A DNA stretch of 64,000 nucleotides, taken from the human T2T-CHM13v2.0 reference genome, Homo sapiens. Of the stretch, positions 50,891 through 64,000 are shown in pieces. The stretch lies in the NCBI RefSeq assembly GCF_009914755.1, contig NC_060936.1; one strand, given 5' to 3'. The translations under genes and the position numbers were made by a program. The notes beneath the pieces are model-generated. The model worked only from the letters and a program-made list of their open reading frames with translations, did no database searches and was not told the origin of the DNA. Each line of letters begins with the position of its first letter. Position 1 is the stretch's first letter.

Positions 50891-53492
50891 GTGGCGGGCA
50901 GTGGGGGGTTATAAGCCCAGACCCTCCAGGTAACAACCACAGCGTCAGCCTCAGTTTGCTGAGTGGTACTCAGCACAGGCACTGTGCTCAGCATCCCACG
51001 GCCTCCATGAGCCTCCGGTTAAGCTCACACAGAGACTGCTGCCAGACACATTTTACAGAGGGGAAACTGAGGTACAGACACACCAATGGGCTCATCTGAG
51101 TTCACCAGCAAATACTTAGCCGAGTCAGGATCAGAAGCCCACTGAGCCAGTGCAAGCAGCGGTTGTGCGCTGGCTGGCTGAGAAGCCAAGCTCAGGCAGG
51201 GTTACTTACCAGGCGGAGTGTGCAAAGGGCATTACCGAGAGGTCATGCTCTCTCAGGGCTCCACGGCTGACAGCAATGTAAGCGTGTTCACTCATTTATT
51301 CTCACAGCACCCTACAAGGAACTGACTGACTGTCCCCATTTCACAGACGGGAAAATGGAAGCCGAGAGGTTAAGCCACCTGGTCAAAGGCCCCAGCTAGC
51401 AAGTGGCAGATAGCGGCTTCGAACCCAGGCACTGGGGCTGCAGACCATGGCCTTAATCCAGACTGCTATGCCACATGGCCTGCGGCAGAGAAGCAATGAT
51501 GGGTCCTAGATTTCAGGCCTGGGGAGATCCTGTAAACTCAGCGGGGCCCCGGGGCTCAGGCCTGGCTTCATGGCATCTTCCTGCTGGCCTCTCGCCCTTT
51601 GCTGAAATCTGTCCTCAGCTCTGAACCTCTCCCTGAGGACCAATCCTATGGAGAGATAACCGGCCAAGAAGTTGAGCAGAGACACAACTTGGGAATGACG
51701 GAGCCCTCTGGGTTCTGGGACAGGAATGGCAGGCAGGTGTCATCTATCACGCCGCCTCCAGATGAACAAAGGAGGTTCTGAGGGCCCATCAGGGTGTGGC
51801 AGCGGAGGAGAGTGCTAAGATCAATTAATGATGCCTGCTGTGAGCAGAGCAGGTGGGCAAGGAGGCCTATGTACCAAATTGCCCCCAATTCTCTCCTTGA
51901 AGACTGTTTCCCCTGGACTTGTGCCCTGGCGAGGTGGGCAGCCCACAGGAGGCAGGGGGCACAGATGCAGGGGAATTCTCATTCTTAACCAGTCCCCAGT
52001 GGAGGCACCTGTACAGGGCCTGCCTCACATCTGGAGATCCTGCAAACGCCCTGGACCTGGCCCCTCTGGCTACCCAGCCCTGTAAGCCTCTGGTGCTTCC
52101 TCCAGCCCAGTTCCAGAGAGTTGGGAGAGAGAGGAGGGGAGCTGTTCGATGCTGGAAGGCAAACTGGGGCTAGGCCAGGCTGGGCGGGCGGCCGAGAGCC
52201 TGGAGAGACAACCTGTTCCTCCAGTTGGGCCCAGGGGGCCCCGAGGGACCTGCTTGGCTGAGCCGCTCTGTGTGGGAGCCAGGGGCAGAATAGGCTGGCT
52301 TCCTGAGAGACCAGAGAGGTAGCGCTGGGTGTCAAGTTCATGTGTGTCCCTGCGGGAGCTGAGCTGCAAGCCAGGCTGTGCAAGAAAGGCATGCAGGGCC
52401 TAACGCCAGGTGCACCGTCCCCACGGGGAATGAGGCCAGGAAACGGCACAGGCCCTGGCCACACCAACGGGCTGAGTGCCAGCCACGGGAACTGCTGGCC
52501 GGTGGCTCCCTTTCTCCCAGGACAGGGGCCTGCGACCTGGCTCAGCAGGACCTGGCTGGCACCGTGCAGTTCCAGCCCTGATCAGATCTGACGCTGGCCA
52601 AAGCTGCTGGGGCCCCTGACATGGATACACAGCTCCTTCCCGGGCTGGCGCCCCAAACCTGCAACGTCTCCCAGAGCCACACCCTGGGCCGCACACTGTA
52701 CCCTGGCCCCAGGTAGCCCAGCCCTGGTCATGGGGCATCCCAGTTCCAGCGAGACATCCCTGGCGTCATCCCCACACCGGGTTCAACGCCCCACTGGCTT
52801 TGCCTCCAAAACAAACTCCCGATGCGCCCTTCCTTCCACCTCCACGGCCACCTGTGCGGTTCAGGCAGCCTCTGTCGCCTGCCAAGAGCTGCGCTGTGAC
52901 CTCCCGCTGCTGCCCTTGACTCAACAACGGCCAGACAGAGCTTTCCAAGATACAAATCAGATAACAAGCACCTCCTTCCCCTTCCGCAACACACGCTCAC
53001 TTCAAATCCCTCCAGCAGCCCCTGCCACACCTGAGACAAAATCCACTGCCCGCTGTGGCCTGAGAGGCCCCACACAATCCGGTCCCCACTTCCCTCACTG
53101 TCCACCCGCCCACCCTTCCCTGGCCACAACCACCCCCGGCGACTCCTCACACACCCCGAGCGTGTTTCCACACCAGGGCCTTTGCCTGTGCTGTTCCCTC
53201 TGCCCGCAATGCCCACCCAGAGAGCTCCCACTGCGGGGCTGCTTCCCACTCCACAGGGTCCTTCCCGGAGCCGCCTCTTCACTCAACCCGTTTTGTTTCT
53301 CATGGTGGATGAACGACTCTAAAACCATCTTGCTTCGTTATGTGTTCCCTGGTTTAACATCCTCCTCACTCAAAACAACAGCAGCTCCCCAGAGCAGAGA
53401 CTTCCTCTTCTCCCTACCTAATCCCCGCTCTGCCAGCATGGTGCCTGGGGCCTTGGGTTTTCAACAAATGTCCTGACCCAGCAGCCTCGGTG

Positions 53493-53591
53493 GAACCCGG
53501 AGGCAGAGGTTGCAGTGAGCGGAGATTGTGCCACTGCACTCCAACCTGGCGAGAGTGACACTCCGTCTCAAACAAAAAAAAAAAAAAAAAA
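53493..53591 (+). mobile_element. 5'-truncated Alu fragment
   Basis: 3' end of the right arm plus A tail. Confidence 0.85.
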
Positions 53592-54577
53592 GAGAAGGGG
53601 CATGTCACACCCAAGGCAGCGGGGAGGGGACAGCTGATGGTAGCTCCAGTCACCCGGATTTGTCCCTGGGCTGTGCTGGTCAGGAGGTCGGCCTGGTGTC
53701 CTGCTGCCCTCAGACCTTTGGAGCAGCCTGCCAGCAAGCGCCGGGGCTAGCCCAGGGTGGGGAACCTCTGGGGAAGCAGCCCCCAACACCTGCAAGGCAC
53801 AACAGCACCTGCTGCGTGCCAGGCTGACCTGGAGAAGATGCCTCTTTGGGGACACAGGTTCAGAATTTCTTGGGCCTAGTGGGAAGTGGGGCAGAGATTG
53901 AAGATCCAGAGAACAAGCAATCACGCCCGCCTGTCTCCTGACCTTGAGCTTCACGTGATGACAGTGAGGTGTGCCCGGGGCAGTCCCTGTGACACAGCGG
54001 CTCGGGAGTCACCCCCAACCCTGGCTCCTGGTGAACCCAGAGACCTGGGCCTGGAGCAAGGTCAGGATGCCAGCTGGGGAGGGCAGCCCTTCCTGCCCAG
54101 GCCCCAGAGCTGCTGCCAGCCGGGTGCTGGGCCCCATCTGTGATTCCAGAAGCTCCTGCGTGGACTGATTCACACCGAATCAGAGGCTGGGCTGTAGACA
54201 TGTTTTTGCGTGTTCACAATGCTTTTGAAAATTTTGAGAAGTTGCCAGTGTTGAGAAACCAGGGACCAGGGGGATTTCACATAAGAAGATGGATTTCTGG
54301 CTTTGCTGGAAGAACCACCCCAGGCCTGATTTGCCACGGGGTGACTCTTGGCCAAGGCCAATACGTGCCCACTTTAGAGAAAACAAGAGTTCTCCAATTT
54401 GCCGCAGTCCCTACCATTCCCAACTGCCTCCCCCTGCTCAACTGTTCCATTCGTTTACTTTGCTTTCCCTGCCACTGTGGCCATGGGGTTTGCAGCAGCT
54501 GCTCTAGACACACAAACATCCCTTGCCCGTCAGTCCCCTGCTGCCCCAGCCCCACTCAGCCACTGGTGTGCACTCAC

Positions 54578-54749
54578 CCTCCTTGTCGGCGGGGGGTGCC
54601 GGGCTCCTGCTCTTGCCCCGGGGGCTGCTGCCAGGCTGCTGAGGGGCGTCGCTCTCCGGCTGCAGGTTTTGCGGTGGCGGTGGGGCTGGGGGAGCTGGCT
54701 TGGTGGGAGCTGCGTCCTCCCGGGGGGGCTCATGGACTTTGGTGACCTG
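54578..54749 (-). CDS. NCOR2: NCOR2 exon (QVTKVHEPP...PADKE); NAGNAG acceptor
   Basis: ctcAG|cAG| acceptor; GTgagt donor. Confidence 0.94.
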
Positions 54750-54914
54750 CTGAGGGAAGCAGGCAGAAGTGAGCATTCACAGAGGGTGTCTGAAAGTGAC
54801 AGGGTCAGGGAGAGACATGCACGCGACCAGCCTGGAAACCAAGGCCCGGGAAAGCCAGCGACATGCTCAAGGTCCCAGGTGCGGCAAGAAAGGGAGGTCT
54901 TAGCACAGAGCACA

Positions 54915-55612
54915 TGGGGAAGCCCACCTCCCAGAAAGCCTGGCCCAGCTGCCCGGTGGTGAACAGGGGGAGCTCACCTCCCCAGAAAGCCTGGCCCAGC
55001 TGCCCGGTGGTGAACAGGGGGAACCCACCTCCCCAGACAGCCTAGCCCAGCTGCCTGGTGATGGACAGGGGGAGCCCACCTCCCAAAAAGCCTGGCCCAG
55101 CTGCCTGGTGGTGAACAGGGGGACCCACCTCCCAGAACCTGGCCCAGCTGCCTGGTGATGGACAGGGGGAGCCCACCTCCCAAAAAGCCTGGCCCAGCTG
55201 CCTGGTGGTGCACAGGGGGAGCCCACCTCCCAAAAAGCCTGGCCCAGCTGCCTGGTGGTGAACAGGGGGACCCACCTCCCAGAACCTGGCCCAGCTGCCT
55301 GGTGATGGACAGGGGGAGCCCACCTCCCAAAAAGCCTGGCCCAGCTGCCTGGTGGTGCACAGGGGGAGCTCACCTCCTAAAAAGTCTGGCCCAGCTGCCT
55401 GGTGGTGAACAGGGGGACCCACCTCCCAGAACCTGGCCCAGCTGCCTGGTGATGGACAGGGGGAGTTCACCTCCTAAAAAGCCTGGTCCAGCTGCCTGGT
55501 AGTGAACAGGGGGAACCCACCTCCCCAGAAAGCCTAGCCCAGCTGCCTGGTGATGGACAGGGGGAGCCCACCTCCCAAAAAGCCTGGCCTAGCAGCCTGG
55601 TGGTGGACAGGA
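54915..55612. repeat. VNTR, 14 units of 47-51 bp (cccacctcccaaaaagcctggcccagctgcctggtggtgaacagggggag)
   Basis: Unit starts measured by hand. Confidence 0.95.
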
Positions 55613-56277
55613 GGCTAGAGCCTGCTGTGACTCTCTCCTCCAGCTCCTTCTGTGGACCCAAATCCTCTGGGTCTCAGGGAAGCCAGGACTGAGCAACAGG
55701 ATTCTGTGGGCCTCGGGGACTGGGCCGTGTAGCCTGACACGCCCTGAGCCCATCACTCAAAGTCCCAAGGGACCACCAGCCTGGTCAGCTCAGGGTCTTT
55801 TAGCCCGGAGCCCCCAGTTGCAACTGGGAAGGCCAGACTCACCTCCCTGGAGAAGGCACCTCCAAGGGCCCACGCACCCAGCTGAGAGAACCTTCCAGGA
55901 GGGTGTTCCCAGAGGGCCCCAGGATCAGAACTGGTAGGCCACCCTTCCCTGGCCAAGCTGTTGCTATAGCTGAGTGGGTGGGGGAAGCTCCTGCCTCCCC
56001 ATGACCCAGTATCTAATCTGGGGGTTCAAGGGTGCTGCGGGGTGGAAGGGGGGAGGCCTTAGGCCGCCAGTTCCCGCCTTCACTGGGAGCCCCACCCGGT
56101 ACGCCTGCCAGCTTCCCCAGCTGTTCCCACCTCAGCTCCACGGGGATTTCTCCAGGAAACAGAAGCGGATGAGCTAGGCTGCAGGTGCACGCTCCCGCCC
56201 GTGGGATTCTCTGTCTCAATGAATGGGAAAGTCAAGGTCAGGGTGGACTCTGTGGGGCTCTGGGGGTGGGCACTCAC

Positions 56278-56398
56278 GATGGGGGGGATGGCAGCCGCTC
56301 GCTGCTTCAGCTGCTTCAGGTCCAGTGGCTTCTGGGGTGAGGCATTGGCCCGGGGGTCGCCAGTCGGGGTGAGGAGGCTGGGCCTTGGGGACAGCAGC
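56278..56398 (-). CDS. NCOR2: NCOR2 most 5' exon found in the window (RLLSPRPSLL...AAAIPPI)
   Basis: cccgcAG acceptor and GTgagt donor; upstream exons appear to lie beyond the window. Confidence 0.93.
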
Positions 56399-57444
56399 CT
56401 GCGGGCACACGAGCACCATCAGCTGGGGGCCCACAGCCGGACTCTCCCAGGGTGGGGGGGCTGCCCGGTTTTGATGGCCTCTCCTGTCTCAAGCCCTGGG
56501 GACGAGGCTAAGGCCCTGAGACACGAGGCGACTGTGCAGCTCACCCAGATAATGTCAACGGTTTCTCTTGGGAAAACAGACCAAGATTTGGGGCCAGGGG
56601 AGGGGAGGCACGAGTGGGCGGGCAGGTGCCTCCTCACTCACTCCCCTGGTTCTTGCAGGCCCCATCAGGGGCCAAGCCAGCCTCCCACCCCAGCCTAGAG
56701 GCCAGCCGGGCAGTGCTAGAGGCCCAGGCTGGGATCAAACATCCCCAAAGACATCTCCAGGCAAGGAAAATCCCAGAGAAGCCCAGACCTGGGGCCCACA
56801 CCACACGTGGCCCTTCCGAAGCTGCCAGAAAGCCAAAGAATCAGCCCGATTCAGGGACAGAGAAATGAAGAGATTCACCAAGAGATTCCTCATCACTCGA
56901 ATCTGAGAGGCTCGGGTGCCAGGGCAAGACAGTGGGCATGGAGCCGAATGAGCTCCGGTTACCAGAGGCAGGAGTGGGGGAGCTGCACCCACTTCCTAGA
57001 CTCTCTCCCACACACTATCCACGAAGGACGAGGACATGATAACAAGGGCCCAGGCCACAGACTTTGTGTGGAGGGGCAGGTAGGGCCTGCCCACTGTCTA
57101 CTCATTAGCCACAGTCGCAGTCCCTTCCTCTGTCTGCTACTGAGATGCGCGACCAGAGGCCGACACAGGGTACACGGTGCCTGGCAGAGCGTGCATTGGG
57201 GTGTGGCTCCCAAGCTGTTCGGTGGGTGCCGTTTCCTTCAGGAAGCCTTCCAGGATTTCTAAGTCCCCAGCACCGGGTATAGCACCTGCCATAATCCCCA
57301 TCTGGCTCCCCACTTGGCATGAGGTCTCCAAGGGCAGGAACTGGATCTGCTCCAGCCTGAGAACCCTTCACCTGCCCAGTGTGGCTGCCCGGGGCTGCCC
57401 AGTTCTTGACTCCCTCCTGCAACCTGCATTTGCTAGGCACAAAG

Positions 57445-57720
57445 CAGCCTAGCCTGCATTTGGATGTATGGAGGCAGCCCGGCCTGCATTTGGGGGTATG
57501 GAGGCAGCCCGGCCTGAGTTTGGGGGTATTTGGAGGCAGCCTGGACCGTGTTTGCGGGTATGGAGGTGGCCCGGCCTGCGTCTGCGGGTATGGAGGTGGC
57601 CCAGCCTATGTTTGGGGGTATGGAGGTGGCCTGGCCTGCGTTTGCAGGTATGGAGATGGCCCGGCCTACGTTTGGGGGTATGGAAGCAGCCCGGCCTGCA
57701 TTTGGGTGTATTTGGAGGCG
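57445..57720. repeat. VNTR, about 9 units of 30 bp (gcccggcctgcatttgggggtatggaggca)
   Basis: Direct inspection. Confidence 0.9.
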
Positions 57721-58604
57721 ACGCAGAACCCAGTCTCTGTCCTAGGTCTTCCAAGCTAGTGAAATGACCACATGGCAGGCGTGAGGGCAGCAGCCACGGG
57801 CCTGGAATTCAGCCAGAGGGCAAAACTTCTGGGTGCCAGAAGCTGGCAGGTCCTGTCGGCACAGCCCCTACTCTGTGCTGTGACCACAGTGACGACGTCC
57901 TATGCAGACTATAAGTCACAGCCTACTGGCCTCGAGGTGAGAGCTGTGACAACAGGGACACAACTCACACCACCCCAGTCCCCAGCTGCCAGTGCTGGAT
58001 GCCTGGCGCCCAGAGGCACCCATCTCCTTCCTGCAGATGAGCAGGGCCGATGCCCAGGGTGCTGAGGCCCCTGCCGGCAGTCCCCTCCTTCAATCTCTGC
58101 CATAGCAGGACCATGGGGCCACCGGCATGTGACCGGCCTGTTCTGCAGGTACCAGCCTGCTGTCTGCATCTGCCACACGCTCAGCTGAGCGGGGAGAGCA
58201 GACACAGACTCGGTGATGCCTGCTTAGGCTGCCCATGGCGCACAGACGGGGGCCAGACGAGGAAGGTCACCCTGACTTCTGCATGCACCTCCACCGCCCC
58301 CACCGCCAGCCCACTCTCCTCCCTCCCCTCCCTCCACCTGTCCAGACCCTGCTTGATCTCCCAGGACCACCTAAAGCCTCTCCTTTGGCCACTGCCATGC
58401 CTCACTCCCTGGACCTGGGCCCAGCTGTGCTCTCCCCGCCATCCTCAAGGTACAGACAAGGTACCCTGACCCAGGTCCAAACACAGATGGTATCACCTGT
58501 CCCAACATTCTCCACCTGCGGCTTCAACTGCCGCCACCCCTATGTCCCTCCCCACAGGTTTACCTACCACCATCCGTTTCAACCAGCTCGCACTTGCAAG
58601 CTGA

Positions 58605-59480
58605 AATTTAAAAGAGAATGCTGCAGCCACTTTGGAAAGCAGTCGGTGAGCCCTCATTGCCCTAAACCCAGCACTGCCACTCCTAGGCACACACCAGGCA
58701 AATGAGAGCAAATGTCTACGCAGAAACCTGCACGTGCCCACCACTGCAGCACCGCCCAGCGCACAACAGCCAGAAGGCAGAGACAACCCGACATCCACCA
58801 AGAGAAGAATGAGGAGACAAAGCGTGCCCTGTCCGCACGATGGAACACGTGGCCATCAAAAGGCATGAGGCTCTGACACGGGCTATGACGTGGGTGGACC
58901 CTGAAGACACGATGCGCGTGAAACAAGCTAGTCGCAGAAGGCCTCTAGTGTAGATTCCGTTTCTGTGAAAAGTCCAGAACGGGCCAATCCATCGGGGACA
59001 GAAAGGAGATGAGTGGGTGCCAGGGCTGGGAGGAGGGAGGATAGGGGTGACTAGTGATGGGCATAGGGTTTCTTTCTTAGTATAACACTGAATATACTAA
59101 GAAGAACTGAATGATACACGTTTTTTTTGAGACAGGGTCTTGCTATGTCACTCAGGCTGGAGTGCAGTGCTGTAATCTCACGGCAGCCTTGACCTCCTGG
59201 GCTCACGCAATCCTCCCACCTCAGCCTCCGGAATTGCTGAAGCTAAAGGCACACATCACCGTACCTGACTGATTTTTGCATTTTTTTCTTTTTTTTGGTA
59301 GAGCCAAGGTTTCTCTATGTTGCCCAAGCTGGTCTTGAACTCCTGGGCTCAAGCTATCCTCCTGCTTTAGCCACTCAAAGAGCTAGGATTGCAGGTGTGT
59401 GCCACTGTGCCTAGCCTAAATGATACGCTTTCAATGGTGAAATGTATGGTATATGAATGATATCTTAATAACTGTTACAA
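58605..59480 (+). mobile_element. Old L1M 3' fragment interrupted by an antisense Alu (59122-59416)
   Basis: L1 3'-end motifs gcagccactttggaaagcag...gggtttctttct; Alu TSD ~aatgatac. Confidence 0.75.
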
Positions 59481-60220
59481 AATGAAATGAGGACCATACT
59501 ATATGCTAGCCATAAAGGGTTCGACGTATCAGCTGTATTTTCTCTATGAACAGTAAAAATAATATTTTTATATGTGTGTACAAATAGAAAAATAAAATAT
59601 AAATTTTAAGGTTGAAATGCAAACGTTTGTATATGTGTAAAGATAATTCTATAGAGATAAAAATATGACTTTATAACACACACAAAACATGAGGTGCCAC
59701 TGTCCCATGCAGTCTGCCCGAGAGCTCGCGTTTTCTATGTGGGGCCTGAGTGCTCCCTGTGCCTTGGTTTCCCTGTGGCCCCTCACCTAGTAGGGTGTGG
59801 GCAGTCAGATTGGCAGGGGGTGAGCGGGGGCAGGGGCTGCTGCCCAGAAGCTCTCAGCAGGTACCCTCTGGGGGGCACACACAGAGGCCCAAACCCTTCT
59901 TGAGCCCCCAGAGCAAGTGGGGACTGTGGTCATGGAGGTACCACTTTATAGTTTACAAGAGGTCTTCTGATCCCAGCCAGAGCTCTCTCATGGGTAAAGA
60001 AGGCAGCAGCCAGCACAAGGGCTGGGTTCAAGTTCTCGAGGGGAACGAGAGTCCTAAGCCCCCAGAGGGAGCGGCCACCAATAGTGGAGGAGGAAGGTGG
60101 AAAACGCTCAGAGCTCAGGGCCCATCTGACCGCCCCTTGTCCCGTAGCCATGCTGGAGGAGCGCCACCTCCAGAAGCCCTCCTGGCTGGCTCTCCCCACC
60201 CTCCACTCTCCCTTCTTTGT

Positions 60221-60707
<487 letters not shown>

Positions 60708-63700
60708 TAGCCAACTGTGCCTCGGTTTCTCAATCTGGAGAGTGGAGACGAAAGCTTCAAGGGCTGTCCGTGGGTGGGCGTGGGGATGCTGGTGACCAGC
60801 ACGTGGGGCCGAGTGGGTCGGGCCACCTTCTCCTCACTGTCATTTTCCTTCCCACTCATGAAGGCCGGTTGGGGGGCAGGGCACGAGAGGGGGAATAAGG
60901 GCCTGGGGACATTCATCGGAACATGCTGGGCCTGCAACAGTACATCCCCTCTCCACCCAGCCCTTGCCTCAGTTTCCCCATGGTCATCAAGCTGGGACAA
61001 TCCTTGCCACCATCCTAGGGCTAGGAGGGAGAGGGAGGGCTGGTTTGTGAACAGGCATCCCTTGCCTCTCCAAGGCCCCAAGATAAAACCCTGACCCGTC
61101 ACTCCCACCCGTGGGGCCTGCCCACCTCTCTGACCTCTCCGCCCTCTCTGCCCTGGGCTGCTCACTCCACTCTACACCCTGCTATAGGCCTCTCTGCTGT
61201 CCACTGGACATACGCTCATGCGGCCACAGGGCCTTTGCACTGGTGGTTCCCAGGGGGTCTGGCTTTCCCTCACACTAAGGCTCTCATTGCCCTCCAATGT
61301 CACCTCCCCAGAGGCCCTCCCTGCCTGACCAGCCCACTCTCCCCTGCTCCCCATGCCCCATCTGCCCATCACCCACTCATCCCGTAAACAATGGTTTCCT
61401 TCTCCATGCCCTCACTAGAATGTAAGTGCCTGGAGTCAGGGCCTCGTCTGTGCAGTTTCCAGCGCCCCCGGCGCCTGGCGCATGCTGGTGCCATCAGTCA
61501 CTTGCAGAATAAAGTAACAAAGGTGAAATTGCTGTTATGATCTTCCAAAATGCCAGAGGGACAGCTGAAGGAGCTGCACTCCAGCCCCCTCTTGGGGTGA
61601 CCTCTAGGGGGTGTCCCAAAGCAGATCCAAAGGAGGGCAGCTAATCTCTGAGCGCCCACTGTGGCCCGTCATTAACTGAGTTATTCTTGCAATAAGCCAT
61701 CCACGCCCACCTTACAGATGAGAAAACTGAGGCTTGGGGGAGGGGACTCCCAAGGCCAGGCCCTGCCAAAAAAGCACCCAGGCACCTTCTCTGAAGAGTA
61801 AGAGAGGGGAAGGCAGGCAGGCTCGGGGTTTTGCAATTGAAGCCACTATCTCTGGTCGTCTGCCAAGAAAACACCCAGGCAGAGCCACCTCGAAGAAAGT
61901 GCCAGCGGGCCGAAGGAGAATGTGATTTTCTCTCTCCCAAAGTCACCGGGGCGGGGGGCCAGATGAGAGTCATCTTGCGTCCATCCAGGAACACAGAGCT
62001 CCCCCACTGGGGCTGCCAGGCAGGAGGGATGATACTGGGCGGGCAGCCAGGAGCAGGGGTCGCCTGGGGGGCCCGCCCGTCCCACCAGCCCTTCCCGGGA
62101 GGCCCTGGCTGCCAGGGCCTACTCTGACGCATCTCGTCCGCGTCCTCCAGCGTCCGCCCGGCCCTGCGCAGTCGTGGCCGGCAGAGGGAGGGGTGGCGGG
62201 CTGCCGGCCAGGACGAGGTCAGCAGGCTGGCCAGAGTCCAGCCTCGTTCACTGAGAGGGCAAAGCAGGCCCCAAGGGCGGGGGCCTGGGCCTAGTCGCAC
62301 AGGGCGGGACAAACCAGGTGTCCTGACTCCCAGCCGAGGACTCCTGCACCCGGGGGCTGTGTGCTGGACACTGGGCAAGGGGTGGACGTACGCCAGGCCC
62401 AGCTCGGGGAGGGAGGACACGGCCCTGGGCGGGGCTGCAGGGGAGAGGACGGGAGGCTGCAAGTGCCCTGCGGGGCCTCAGGCCTAGCCTGAGTGTTCTG
62501 GGGACGGACAGGATGCAAGCTGATCCCCCGGCTCCCCAGCCCGGGGCCAGCCACATGGACCCAAAATACAGACTCTGGGAGGCAGCTTATCAATGGGGCT
62601 GCCCCATGACCTCAGCGGTCCCCCGGCGAAGGCAGAAACATGTGTTTCTATGACTCTGTCCCCACAGCCAGCAGGAGCGGGGCGGGGAGCCGTCTGCCCT
62701 GACCCCGCTATCCAGGCACAATGGCCCTGGCTGCCTGCCTCCAGGGCAGACCCAGCCACACCATGAACACTGTTTTCCAAGCTGGGACTGTCGGGCAAGA
62801 AGCTCAGGGGTTTGGTGCCCTCAGAAACCCGCAGGCCAGGCCTTTGCTCATCACAGGGTCAGGGTCAGGCCGTCCACTTCTCACACGCATGGGCGCGGTT
62901 CCTGTTGGCAGTGGTTCCTGGGGACCCTGAGATTTTGTTTTGTGGAACCTATAGAAATCCGGGTGAACCTCAGTTCCTAGGGAATGTCCTAGGACTTCCC
63001 CCTTTAACATGGCCCAGGGTGAACCCCAGGGCAGAGACAAGGGCCCCGCATGACCCTGCGGGTCTGATTTTCCTCCCTCGCTTGCTCTGCCCAGGACCAT
63101 TCCAAGGGACTTGGGAGGGGAGAAAACAGACCACACTGTAGTTGAAATAAAATGGCCTGCCTGCCCCACCAGAAAACAATTCCTCCAGCCATCCAGATGT
63201 GAGCAGGACGCAGTCTCCGCGGGTCTGCCCTCTGCCAACCGAGATTGGCCCTAACTTGGGTAGCCATCTTTGGTTCTGGGCTGGAGGCCTTGAGGCCCAA
63301 AGCATCTGTGCTGAAAATGGGTAAAAGGCGGCATTCTCAGGGATGTGGGGTCACCCAGGCCAGGAGCAAAGACAGAGGCCAGAAAGGAAAGAACACACCT
63401 CAGAGACATCAACACCCAAACAGGACGGCACTGGGGTCCTCCAGGCCACCCCAGCTGGAGAGGAATTTGCAAGGGGAACCTCTGCACCTGTGATCCAAGG
63501 TGATCACCTGTGATCCTGAGCCCTGGACCCTTGGCTGATGGGAGATGAGCCACCAAAAACATGTTGAACCTGTGGCTTTTCCCCAACCCCACGGCCACCA
63601 CGCTCGCATCTCCATCACCAGCCCCAGGGCACTTGCAGCTGCCTCCTGACTGTGCCTCTCACTCCCAGCAAATCCCCCACATGGTTTCATGGGTAAATCA

Positions 63701-63916
63701 CATCTGGCTCTCTTGGGAGAGGCTCGTAAAGGCCTTCTCACTGCCCTGAGAACAAAATGCAGCCCCCACCTGCCAGGGCGTGACTCAGTGCCCCCACCCC
63801 CGTGAGAGCTGCCCCCCGTCCTGCCAGGCTGCCCCCTCCCTGAGCCACCCTTTGGCACCTGAATCCACCAAGCTCATTCCCACCTCGGGCCTTCGCACTT
63901 GCTGTTCCCACCACGC

Positions 63917-64000
63917 TGAGGGTAGAACTGTGTCCCCCCAGAGAAGGTACGTTCAAGTCCTAACCCAGGGTCTCTGTGAATGTGACCTTATTTGGAAATA
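63917..64000 (+). mobile_element. MLT1 LTR 5' end (truncated by the window edge)
   Basis: gaactgtgtccccc...aagtcctaaccc...gaatgtgaccttatttggaaata. Confidence 0.75.

Noticed and set aside
54900-55661. Repetitive ORFs and a possible CTCF-site array in the VNTR
   Set aside because: The ORFs are repeat artefacts; the CTCF match covers only half of the core motif.
61641-62462. 273-aa sense-strand ORF in the NCOR2 intron
   Set aside because: No similarity to SMRT sequence; overlaps MIR-like sequence; GC-rich chance ORF.

Overview
Human (or very closely related primate) genomic DNA, recognisable from the translated exons as the 12q24.31 RFLNA/NCOR2 locus. On the + strand are the last two coding exons and 3' UTR of RFLNA (refilin-A/FAM101A). 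On the - strand, converging tail-to-tail, are 27 coding exons of NCOR2 (SMRT corepressor). I spliced these by hand at GT-AG boundaries into one uninterrupted frame of 4747 nt (about 1580 C-terminal residues, ending YETLSDSE*). The hairpin I recognise as MIR6880 abuts one NCOR2 acceptor. The rest is Alu/MIR/L1/L2/MER/MLT1 repeats and several minisatellites. There is no prokaryotic-type system such as CRISPR. The most notable unexplained features are: (i) a 35-unit intergenic VNTR carrying 32 intact nuclear-receptor AGGTCA half-sites just downstream of the corepressor gene; (ii) a diverged intronic copy of an NCOR2 exon end with a perfect GTAAGT donor, a candidate poison exon or decoy; (iii) a candidate 33-nt in-frame microexon; (iv) distant-branch-point architectures, one with in-frame alternative acceptors, near the CoRNR-box exons. 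Repeat boundaries and subfamily calls are by eye and approximate.
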